Shown: in pieces, positions 47,433-55,670 of the stretch
Layout of the letters: each line of letters opens with the position of its first letter
Numbering within the stretch: position 1 is the first letter of the stretch
Notes under the pieces: model-generated
What the model saw: the letters and a program-made list of their open reading frames with translations, nothing else
The model's database searches: none
What the model was told of the DNA's origin: nothing
Position numbers and translations under genes: made by a program
Assembly: GCA_023267275.1 (NCBI GenBank)
Contig: JAHFNO010000007.1
Span: forward strand, 1 to 57,766
DNA length: 57,766 nucleotides
Direction: 5' to 3'
From: Candidatus Nomurabacteria bacterium
Lineage (GTDB): Bacteria > Patescibacteriota > Minisyncoccia > Phycocordibacterales > UBA9973

Positions 47433-47801
47433 ATGCCAGAACAAACAAAAATAAACTCATTTAAAGACTTGATTGTTTGGCAAAAAAGCTTCCAGCTTGT
47501 TAGGCAGATATATAAAATAACTGAAAAAATACCATCTACCGAAATGTATGGATTGAAATCTCAGATGCAGAGGTCATCAGTTTCTATTCCTTCAAACATT
47601 GCAGAGGGGTTTTACCGAAGAACACCAAAAGATTTTAAACAATTTTTACATATAGCATTTGGTTCAACCGCTGAACTTGAGACACAGTTGCTGTTGTGTA
47701 AAGAGCTGTATTCGATTAATATCGAAGAAGAAGGAAAATTGCTTACAGAAGTTAGTAAAATGCTCAGAGTATTTATTACTAAACTAGAGACTAAAGACTA
47801 A
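47433..47801 (+). CDS. four helix bundle protein (23S rRNA IVP / TIGR02436-like)
   Basis: SFKDLIVWQKS...EMYGLKSQMQRSSVSIPSNIAEG..R...F..IAFGSTAELETQL. Confidence 0.95.
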   Translation: MPEQTKINSFKDLIVWQKSFQLVRQIYKITEKIPSTEMYGLKSQMQRSSVSIPSNIAEGFYRRTPKDFKQFLHIAFGSTAELETQLLLCKELYSINIEEEGKLLTEVSKMLRVFITKLETKD

Positions 47802-47817
47802 GCACTATAAACTATGA
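47783..47817. repeat. right heptamer arm; contains the cassette stop codon and the leuS ATG
   Basis: actagag actaaag actaagc actataa actatga. Confidence 0.9.
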
Positions 47818-50800
47818 ATAATTACGATCATACGAAAATAGAAAAAAAATGGCAGAAGGAATGGGATACAAAAAAAACCTACGCAACTGCATCCTCTAAA
47901 AAAGCGAAAGGTAAAAAACCTTTTTATGTACTTGATATGTTTCCGTATCCATCTGGTGCAGGTCTTCATGTAGGTCATCCTCGCGGGTATATTGGTAGTG
48001 ATGTGATTGCGCGAAAAATGCGTATGGAGGGATACAATGTATTGCATCCAATGGGTTATGACGCTTTTGGTCTGCCTGCAGAACAATACGCAATCCAAAA
48101 CAATATTCATCCGCGCAAAGCTGTAGAACAAAATGTAAAAACATTTGAGCACCAGCTTTCTATCCTTGGTCTCTCATATGACTGGTCACGAAAAATAAAT
48201 ACAACTGATCCAGAGTATTACAAATGGACACAATGGATTTTTGAAAAAATATATGAATCCTGGTTTGATACTGAGAAAAATTCTGCACGACCAATAGCCG
48301 AACTTGTTGCACTATTTGAAAAGCGTGGCAACGTCGGTATTTCTGCGTGTTCATCAAATACTCAATTGTTTTCTGCAAAGGAGTGGCTGCTGATGAGCGA
48401 GATGGAAAAGCAAAATACACTCATGCAGTATCGCCTCGCATATGAAGGATATTCAGAGGTGAATTGGTGTCCTGAACTCGGCACGGTGCTCGCCAACGAC
48501 GAAATCGTTGATGGTCCAAATGGTCCAGTATCAGAACGTGGCGGATATCCTGTAGAAAAGAAAACAATGCGCCAATGGTTTATGCGTATTACTGCATATG
48601 CGGATCGACTTATTTCTGGTCTCGACAATCTCGACTGGCCAAGCCACATCAAAGAAATTCAAAAAAATTGGATCGGAAAAAGTGAAGGAGCAGAAATCGA
48701 GTTTAAAGTTGAAAGTGTAAAGTCGAAAGTCGGTACAATCAAGGTATTTACGACACGAGCGGATACTCTATTTGGTGTGACGTATGTTGTGCTCGCGCCA
48801 GAACATCCATTAATCTCAAATCTCAAATCTCAAATCTCAAATCTGACTGAAGTTGAACAATACCTTGCAGAAGCAAAAAAGAAAGACGACATTATTCGTG
48901 CATCTACCGACAAGGAAAAGAGTGGTGTTGAGCTGAAAGGCATTCGCGCAATCAATCCGGCAAACGGCGAAGAGGTGCCAGTATGGGTAGCAGATTATGT
49001 GTTGCCACAATATGGCACGGGAGCAGTAATGGCCGTACCTGCGCACGACGAACGAGATTTTGCATTTGCGAAGAAATATAATTTGCCGATGAAGCAGGTT
49101 GTTAAGCCTGTGTTTATTGATCCTATAAATCCACCACGATTCGGACTTAGTGAAGTTGTTCGTAATACTGTTTATATTTTTTTAAAAAACAAACAAACAG
49201 GTTTATACGCATTATTGCGCTGGCATGGAACTCTTGAAGGTATTACTACTGTGGTAATGGGCGGACAAGAAGAAGGAGAGACTCGCGAAGAGGCTTGTCT
49301 TAAAGAAATTAAGGAAGAAACTGGTTTAGTGAATGCTTGTTTTGTAAAAGAAATGCCATGGGTATCAGATGCCAAATATTGTGCTTCGCATAAAAATCAA
49401 AATCGGTTATCTATTTCATATGCATATTTATATGAAATTGATTCACTTGATGGGCAAATATTAGTTTCAGAAGAAGAAAAAAAGTTAGCTACACTTTATT
49501 GGGGTACAGCAGAAGAATTAGCTAAAAAAGTTCCTGAGCATCAAAAATATTTATGGGCACAGTTGTGTGTAGTGTCTCCAGTTTTAAACGATGGTTTATT
49601 AATGAATTCTGGAAAATTTGACGGACTGTCATCAGAAGAAGCTCGAGAAAAAATCACTCAATCCGTCGGAGGAAGAATTGTTACGAAGTTTAAACTTCGC
49701 GATGCTATTTTTGCACGTCAGCGATATTGGGGCGAGCCGATTCCACTTTTTACCAAGGATGGAATTATTCACGAAGTCGCAGAGAAAAAATTACCACTCG
49801 AACTACCGAATGTAAAAAGTTATGAGCCGACTGGCACCGGAGAGAGCCCACTTGCCGGAGTTGCTTCATGGGTAAAAGCTGGATACGAGACAAATACAAT
49901 GCCGGGTTGGGCGGGAAGTTCTTGGTATTTCTTGCGCTATGCCGATCCAAAAAATAAAAAAGCTTTTGCCGATAAAAATGAACTCGATTATTGGTTCGAC
50001 AAAAAGAATCAGGGAGGAGTAGATGTGTATGTGGGTGGAGCGGAACATTCTACCGGACACTTGCTCTATTCGCGTTTTTGGCATCAATTTCTTTTTGATA
50101 TGGGATTTGTTCCAACACCAGAACCATTTCAAATGCTTCGAAATCAAGGAATGATTTTGGCTTCCGATGGACGCAAAATGTCAAAGCGATGGGGAAATGT
50201 AATCAATCCTGACGATATTGTAAAAACGTATGGAGCAGACACGCTTCGTTTGTATGAAATGTTTATTGGACCATTTGATTCGAGTTTGCCATGGCAGACC
50301 GATAGTATTATCGGTCCACGACGTTTTATTGAACGTGTTTGGAAAATGGGGGCGCGTGTCCTCGAAACAAAATCAAAAACTACAAGCGCTGATGCAGAGC
50401 GTGCAATTCATTTTGCTATCAAAAAAGTAAGTGAAGATATTGCAAGCTTTGGTTTCAACACGGCAGTGTCTGCAATGATGATTTGTTTGAATGAAATGGA
50501 AAAAGGGGAAACCATCTCGATAGCTGATTTCAAAAAGTTTTTGCAATTGCTTGCACCGTTTGCGCCATATGTTTCTGAAGAACTCTGGCACGAAATCTCG
50601 AATCTTGAATCTCGAAACTCAAATCTTCAGATACAAGATACAAGAAATGAGATACAAGTTTCAAGCATTCATCTTTCTGGTTGGCCAATGTTTGATCCCG
50701 CAAAACTTGTTTCAGATACTATGACAATAGTTGTTTCGGTAAACGGTAAACCACGCGAACATCTTACTGTTGCTCGAACCGCTACGCAAAAGGATATTGA

Positions 50801-50903
50801 GGACATGGCACGTCAATCAGAAAAGGTGCAAACATTTTTGCAGGGAGTAGAACCAAAGCGGGTGATTTATGTACCAGAGAAATTAATTAATTTTGTGCTG
50901 TAA
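47814..50903 (+). CDS. leuS: leucine--tRNA ligase with inserted NUDIX domain
   Basis: MFPYPSGAGLHVGH, CP1 FTTRADT/GTGAVMAVPAHDERD, RQRYWGEPIP, KMSKR. Confidence 0.98.
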   Translation: MNNYDHTKIEKKWQKEWDTKKTYATASSKKAKGKKPFYVLDMFPYPSGAGLHVGHPRGYIGSDVIARKMRMEGYNVLHPMGYDAFGLPAEQYAIQNNIHPRKAVEQNVKTFEHQLSILGLSYDWSRKINTTDPEYYKWTQWIFEKIYESWFDTEKNSARPIAELVALFEKRGNVGISACSSNTQLFSAKEWLLMSEMEKQNTLMQYRLAYEGYSEVNWCPELGTVLANDEIVDGPNGPVSERGGYPVEKKTMRQWFMRITAYADRLISGLDNLDWPSHIKEIQKNWIGKSEGAEIEFKVESVKSKVGTIKVFTTRADTLFGVTYVVLAPEHPLISNLKSQISNLTEVEQYLAEAKKKDDIIRASTDKEKSGVELKGIRAINPANGEEVPVWVADYVLPQYGTGAVMAVPAHDERDFAFAKKYNLPMKQVVKPVFIDPINPPRFGLSEVVRNTVYIFLKNKQTGLYALLRWHGTLEGITTVVMGGQEEGETREEACLKEIKEETGLVNACFVKEMPWVSDAKYCASHKNQNRLSISYAYLYEIDSLDGQILVSEEEKKLATLYWGTAEELAKKVPEHQKYLWAQLCVVSPVLNDGLLMNSGKFDGLSSEEAREKITQSVGGRIVTKFKLRDAIFARQRYWGEPIPLFTKDGIIHEVAEKKLPLELPNVKSYEPTGTGESPLAGVASWVKAGYETNTMPGWAGSSWYFLRYADPKNKKAFADKNELDYWFDKKNQGGVDVYVGGAEHSTGHLLYSRFWHQFLFDMGFVPTPEPFQMLRNQGMILASDGRKMSKRWGNVINPDDIVKTYGADTLRLYEMFIGPFDSSLPWQTDSIIGPRRFIERVWKMGARVLETKSKTTSADAERAIHFAIKKVSEDIASFGFNTAVSAMMICLNEMEKGETISIADFKKFLQLLAPFAPYVSEELWHEISNLESRNSNLQIQDTRNEIQVSSIHLSGWPMFDPAKLVSDTMTIVVSVNGKPREHLTVARTATQKDIEDMARQSEKVQTFLQGVEPKRVIYVPEKLINFVL
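48704..48731. repeat. heptamer array in frame in leuS
   Basis: taaagtt gaaagtg taaagtc gaaagtc, encoding KVESVKSKV. Confidence 0.75.
48812..48846. repeat. heptamer array in frame in leuS
   Basis: aatctca x4 plus aatctga, encoding ISNLKSQISNL. Confidence 0.9.
50594..50665. repeat. inverted heptamer arm pair in frame in leuS
   Basis: aatctcg aatcttg aatctcg aaactca aatcttc | agataca agataca agaaatg agataca agtttca ag. Confidence 0.85.
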
Positions 50904-50910
50904 TGAATTT

Positions 50911-50984
50911 GTCATTCCCGGCTCCGACCGGGAATCCAGTCTAATTTAATTCAAACCTGGATCCTGAATCAAGTTCAGGATGAC
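50911..50984. repeat. GTCAT-type element, copy 5 (hybrid arms)
   Basis: gtcattcccggctccgaccgggaatcc...ggatcctgaatcaagttcaggatgac. Confidence 0.9.
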
Positions 50985-50996
50985 ACAACCCAAAAA

Positions 50997-52673
50997 ATGA
51001 TACGTAAATTACTCAGATTAATAAACCGAAGAGAAGACGAAGGTGGTATGCATCAAGCAGCCATTCTTCTTGGTGTTTTTTCATTGATTTCTCAGCTCAT
51101 TGGTCTCTGGCGTGATCGAATGCTCGCACATACTATTGGCCCTGGACCATTGCTTGATGTGTATTATTCTGCATTTCGTATTCCGGATTTTATTTATCTC
51201 TCCATTGCCTCACTTGCTTCCATTACAGTACTCATGCCGTTTTTGATTGATCACATGAATAGCAACGGCAAGGATTCTGCGCGGAAATTTTTCAACGACG
51301 TGCTCTCCGGATTTTTTCTTTTGCTCACACTCGTTTCGATAGCCGTATATTTTATGATGCCACGCTTGGCTCAGTATATTGCGCCAGGATTTTCTACTCT
51401 GCAATTGCACGAGCTTGTGGGTGTGAGTCGCATTATGTTGCTCTCTCCGATTTTTATGGGTCTCTCCAACATGATTGGAACTGTCACTCAGCTCATGCGC
51501 AAGTTTGTTGTGTTTTCTTTGTCTCCCATTTTTTACAATCTGGGAATTGTATTCGGTATTCTCTTTTTGTATCCGAAATACGGCGTGTATGGTCTTGCGA
51601 TCGGTGTGGCACTTGGAGCATTGATGCATTTGCTCATCCAAATTCCTACAATAGTCAAAGCTGGATTTACTCCGAAGCTTGCAGCTCGTCTTGAACATGC
51701 AACGCTTCGCCAAGTTGTCTCGCTTTCACTTCCACGCACACTTGGTCTTTCGATGAATAGCATTGCACTTATCGTGATTCTTGCGATGGCATCCAAACTT
51801 TCTTCTGGGTCAATTTCTATTTTCAACTTTTCGTACAACCTTGAAACCACGCCGGTCGGTATCATTGGAATATCGTATGCCGTTGCATCGTTTCCACTTC
51901 TATCAGAAGCATTTGCACGAGGGGACATGGATAAATGGCAGAAGAGTATTATTTCTGCATTGCGACAAATTATTTTTTGGTCGCTACCACTTTCCGCACT
52001 TTTTATTGTGGTACGTGCGCAGATTGTACGCGTGACACTCGGCTCCGGCGCATTTTCTTGGAATGATACCAAGCTTACCGCAGCAGCATTTGCATTGTTT
52101 ACACTCGGCCTCATTGCACAAAATATGATTCTCGTTTCGGTGCGCGCATTTTATGCAGCACACAATACAAAGACCCCGCTCATCATCAATGCTTTTTGTT
52201 CTATCGTCATTGTGGCACTCGCATATTTTCTTCTCCATGCATTTGAAACTGTTCCAATGTTCCGCTACTTCATTGAGTCGCTACTTCGTGTACCAGACAT
52301 ACCACAGACTGCCGTACTCATGCTTCCACTCGCATACTCAATCGGTACATTGCTCAACGCATGGCTCCATTGGGTGGATTTGCGACGACAATATCTCACA
52401 TCAGTCGGTAGCTTGCCTCGCACATTGTTTGAAGCAGTCGCAGCGTCATTTGCGGTTGGAATTACTGCATACGCCTCGCTCAATGCACTTTCCTATGTGT
52501 TTAGTATGAATACATTTTTTGGAGTGCTTATGCAGGGAGGCATCGCCTGTATTTTGGGAACACTTGCTGGTCTTATTTTGCTCTATCTTTTGAAGAGTGA
52601 ATCATTGTTTGAAATATTGAATGCTGCTCGCAAAAAATTCTGGAAAGTGGATTTTGTAGAACCAGAAAAATAA
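50997..52673 (+). CDS. murJ: lipid II flippase MurJ (MviN)
   Basis: SQLIGLWRDRMLA, YYSAFRIPD, PIFYN, RAFYA..NTKTP; many TM helices. Confidence 0.92.
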   Translation: MIRKLLRLINRREDEGGMHQAAILLGVFSLISQLIGLWRDRMLAHTIGPGPLLDVYYSAFRIPDFIYLSIASLASITVLMPFLIDHMNSNGKDSARKFFNDVLSGFFLLLTLVSIAVYFMMPRLAQYIAPGFSTLQLHELVGVSRIMLLSPIFMGLSNMIGTVTQLMRKFVVFSLSPIFYNLGIVFGILFLYPKYGVYGLAIGVALGALMHLLIQIPTIVKAGFTPKLAARLEHATLRQVVSLSLPRTLGLSMNSIALIVILAMASKLSSGSISIFNFSYNLETTPVGIIGISYAVASFPLLSEAFARGDMDKWQKSIISALRQIIFWSLPLSALFIVVRAQIVRVTLGSGAFSWNDTKLTAAAFALFTLGLIAQNMILVSVRAFYAAHNTKTPLIINAFCSIVIVALAYFLLHAFETVPMFRYFIESLLRVPDIPQTAVLMLPLAYSIGTLLNAWLHWVDLRRQYLTSVGSLPRTLFEAVAASFAVGITAYASLNALSYVFSMNTFFGVLMQGGIACILGTLAGLILLYLLKSESLFEILNAARKKFWKVDFVEPEK

Positions 52674-52761
52674 GAACACAGCTTTCTGGTTTTTGGTTTT
52701 AGTTTGAAATAAAAAAGACCTCTGTTTTAAAGAGATCTTTCGTTCTTAAGCGATTATGAAA

Positions 52762-53379
52762 TTACATTTTATTCACATAAACTAATGCACGATTATTCCA
52801 ACTGAATGTATCACCCCCATTCATTTTTGAAATTGTTTTTGTACCGGTTGTAATTTTGCCATTTTCTTTTGACAACCATCTTACGTATTTACCTGCGTTA
52901 TCTTCATATATGGTTCCCCAAAATATTATATATACAAGTTTAGATACTACTCCTGAGGGTTCACTAAACCAGCAATCTTGTATTAAGTGGGGATAAGCCA
53001 GAAGATAATCCAAAAATGTCGCGTTTGCAGTTGGTTCATCTTTTAATGCTTCCATCAAGTCGATACCATAGGAAAACTTATTTTCATTCTGCACTCTTGT
53101 TACATAAGTATCAAAATCTTCCGGATGAAAAATTACATCTCCAAAGTGATTATGGCTCACTATTTTGGAACCATTTTCACAAAAAGGGGTTTCATGGGTT
53201 GGGATTAAGTGCATAATTTTTTCAGTTTGTTCAATGAATCTGATAATTTTCATTGCCAGTTCATTGTTTTTTGAATCAATCACTTTTTGTAGGTGCATAT
53301 ACATGCCACCAGCTTTTTCAAATTTTTTGGCGAACTCAAGCCACTGACCGAGTCCTTTGCTCACATCATCTTTTTTCAT
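52762..53379 (-). CDS. hypothetical protein (orphan)
   Basis: 205-aa AT-rich ORF with promoter-like TTGCAT-16-TATAAT upstream and hairpin downstream. Confidence 0.7.
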   Translation of the reverse strand: MKKDDVSKGLGQWLEFAKKFEKAGGMYMHLQKVIDSKNNELAMKIIRFIEQTEKIMHLIPTHETPFCENGSKIVSHNHFGDVIFHPEDFDTYVTRVQNENKFSYGIDLMEALKDEPTANATFLDYLLAYPHLIQDCWFSEPSGVVSKLVYIIFWGTIYEDNAGKYVRWLSKENGKITTGTKTISKMNGGDTFSWNNRALVYVNKM

Positions 53380-53511
53380 GACGCATACAGTATTAAATTG
53401 TTAGGGAACCAATATTAGTTCTCGATTCGTATTATACAACTAATTATTAAAAATGCAAGCGAAAATAATGCTTTATAAAACAAGCATTTTCTGCTAGGAT
53501 GGCAGTATCTT

Positions 53512-55341
53512 ATGGATTTAAAGCATATTCGAAACTTTAGTATTATCGCGCATATCGACCACGGCAAGTCTACGCTTGCCGATAGAATGCTTGAGGTTAC
53601 GGGCACGATCGAGGCACGTAAAATGCGTGACCAAGTGCTCGACAACATGGAACTCGAACGTGAACGTGGTATTACGATCAAAATGCAACCCGTCAGAATG
53701 GAATACCATTCTGACGGGAGTCAAAAGTCAAAAGTCGAAAGTGGAAAGTATCAACTCAATCTGATAGACACGCCAGGGCACATAGATTTTTCTTACGAGG
53801 TCTCAAGAGCTCTGAAGGCCGTAGAAGGTTCTATTTTGCTTGTAGACTCCACACAGGGCGTGCAAGCACAAACACTCACCACACTCGAAGCAGCGCGTGC
53901 AGAAGGGCTCATTATTGTGCCAGCTGTTTCAAAAATCGATTCTCCGCTTGCTCGACCAGAAGAAGTAAAATTGGAAATTGCGACGTTGCTCGATATCGAT
54001 CCCGATATGATTCTTTCTGTTTCCGGAAAAACAGGTGAAGGTGTTGCCGAACTTTTGCAGGCCGTGATCGAACGCATTCCTCCACCAGCCATGGCAAAGG
54101 AACCAGGACTCAAAGCACTTGTGTTTGATTTTAAATATGACGATCATCGCGGAGTTATTGTGTACGTTCGTATTTTTGAAGGAAGCGTGAGAAAAAATGA
54201 TCGACTGCTTTTTTCGATTGCGAAAGAAAAATTCATTGCACTTGAAGTGGGCATTTTTACTCCGGGAGAAGAAGCACGTGATTCGTTGAATGCTGGAGAG
54301 ATTGGCTACATTGTGACTGGCGTCAAACAACCAGGTATCGCTTCTGTGGGAGACACTATCACTACTGAAAAAAATCCGTTGCCACCACTTCCTGGATATG
54401 CAAATCCACGACCAGTGGTATGGGCATCTATTTATCCTGAAAGTCAGGACGATTTTCCAACACTCAAAATGGCACTTAGTCGTTTAAAACTTTCGGACTC
54501 AGCCTTTACGTTTGAAGAAGAATCTTCTGGTGCACTCGGTCGCGGATTCCGTGCCGGCTTTCTTGGAATGCTTCATCTTGAAATCATTACCGAACGTTTG
54601 CGTCGTGAATATCGACTCGAACTTATTGTGACTACACCATCGATTACATACATGGTGACAAAAAGAAATGGCGGAGTTGAAACAATTTATTCTCCACATT
54701 TGTTTCCCGATGATAGTCAGATTATTTCTGTAGAAGAACCATGGGCAAGCATGCATATCATTACGCCAGAGCGATATATAGGAGTACTCATGCCGTTTTT
54801 ATATGAACATGAAGGGGAAGTCGGCACAACTGAATCATTCGGTGAAGGACGTTCTTCTATTTCCGTGATGATGCCTCTTCGCGAAATGATGCGTGGATTT
54901 TTTGATGAACTTAAAAGTATTACGAGTGGTTATGCTTCTATCACTTACACTATTGCCGGACTTCGCCCTGCGTCAGTGACTCGTCTAGATATTGTGATTG
55001 CCGATGAAGTGGTACCTGCGTTTACACGTGTGATTGCTCGTCGTCGTGCGCAAGAAGAAGCCGATGAAGCGACAGAAAAATTGCAAAAGGTGCTGCCTCG
55101 CCAACAATTTGAAATGAAAGTGCAAGGTGTGGCGCTCGGAAAAATTCTTTCGTCAAAAACGATCAAAGCATTTCGAAAGGACGTGCTCATGCATGGAAGT
55201 AAAATGGTGGGAGGTGGTGACGTGTCTCGAAAAAAGAAACTTTTGGAAAAACAGAAAAAAGGAAAGGCACGCATGCGCAATTCCGGAAAAGTGAATATTC
55301 CACACGATGTGTTTCTGAAGATGATGCAGAGAGGGGAATAG
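53512..55341 (+). CDS. lepA: elongation factor 4
   Basis: IRNFSIIAHIDHGKSTLADR, DTPGH, GFLGMLHLEI, KKKLLEKQKKGK. Confidence 0.98.
   Translation: MDLKHIRNFSIIAHIDHGKSTLADRMLEVTGTIEARKMRDQVLDNMELERERGITIKMQPVRMEYHSDGSQKSKVESGKYQLNLIDTPGHIDFSYEVSRALKAVEGSILLVDSTQGVQAQTLTTLEAARAEGLIIVPAVSKIDSPLARPEEVKLEIATLLDIDPDMILSVSGKTGEGVAELLQAVIERIPPPAMAKEPGLKALVFDFKYDDHRGVIVYVRIFEGSVRKNDRLLFSIAKEKFIALEVGIFTPGEEARDSLNAGEIGYIVTGVKQPGIASVGDTITTEKNPLPPLPGYANPRPVVWASIYPESQDDFPTLKMALSRLKLSDSAFTFEEESSGALGRGFRAGFLGMLHLEIITERLRREYRLELIVTTPSITYMVTKRNGGVETIYSPHLFPDDSQIISVEEPWASMHIITPERYIGVLMPFLYEHEGEVGTTESFGEGRSSISVMMPLREMMRGFFDELKSITSGYASITYTIAGLRPASVTRLDIVIADEVVPAFTRVIARRRAQEEADEATEKLQKVLPRQQFEMKVQGVALGKILSSKTIKAFRKDVLMHGSKMVGGGDVSRKKKLLEKQKKGKARMRNSGKVNIPHDVFLKMMQRGE
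53719..53749. repeat. heptamer array in frame in lepA
   Basis: agtcaaa agtcaaa agtcgaa agtggaa agt, encoding SQKSKVESGK. Confidence 0.8.
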
Positions 55342-55460
55342 TCATTGAACATAAAAACAAAAGAACAATGAGCAAAAAAATGCATACAACGAATCCTCAT
55401 TTGCGTCTCAGACGTAAATGAGGATTTTGTTCGTTGTTCTTGTGTTCCTTGTTCTTTTGT

Positions 55461-55574
55461 CTACTTTGTAAACAAAACTGGCATGTAGAGGGCAATCATC
55501 AAGAGAATGATAAGCACTGAAACGATACCCCAGACAATATTTACTTTTCGGCGGTGTTTTCGTGAAAATAGCAT
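55461..55574 (-). CDS. 37-aa single-pass membrane protein (below the ORF-track cutoff)
   Basis: MLFSRKHRRKVNIVWGIVSVLIILLMIALYMPVLFTK*. Confidence 0.65.
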   Translation of the reverse strand: MLFSRKHRRKVNIVWGIVSVLIILLMIALYMPVLFTK

Positions 55575-55580
55575 ATAAAT

Positions 55581-55613
55581 TACAGGTTCTAGTTGCTAGG
55601 TTCTAGGTTATAG
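55581..55613. repeat. heptamer array upstream of the small ORF
   Basis: tacaggt tctagtt gctaggt tctaggt tatag. Confidence 0.75.
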
Positions 55614-55670
55614 TAATACAATAGAACAGGTGTAGTGTATCATGTACATAAAAAGTATCAACTGCCTATT

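Noticed and set aside
47433-47801. Diversity-generating retroelement (Avd-like gene)
   Set aside because: No reverse transcriptase and no TR/VR pair with adenine-specific mismatches was seen. The ychF duplicate differs at synonymous sites, not specifically at adenines.
12420-50984. CRISPR array from the GTCATCCTGAA repeats
   Set aside because: The copies are dispersed inverted pairs rather than regularly spaced direct repeats, and no cas genes are present.
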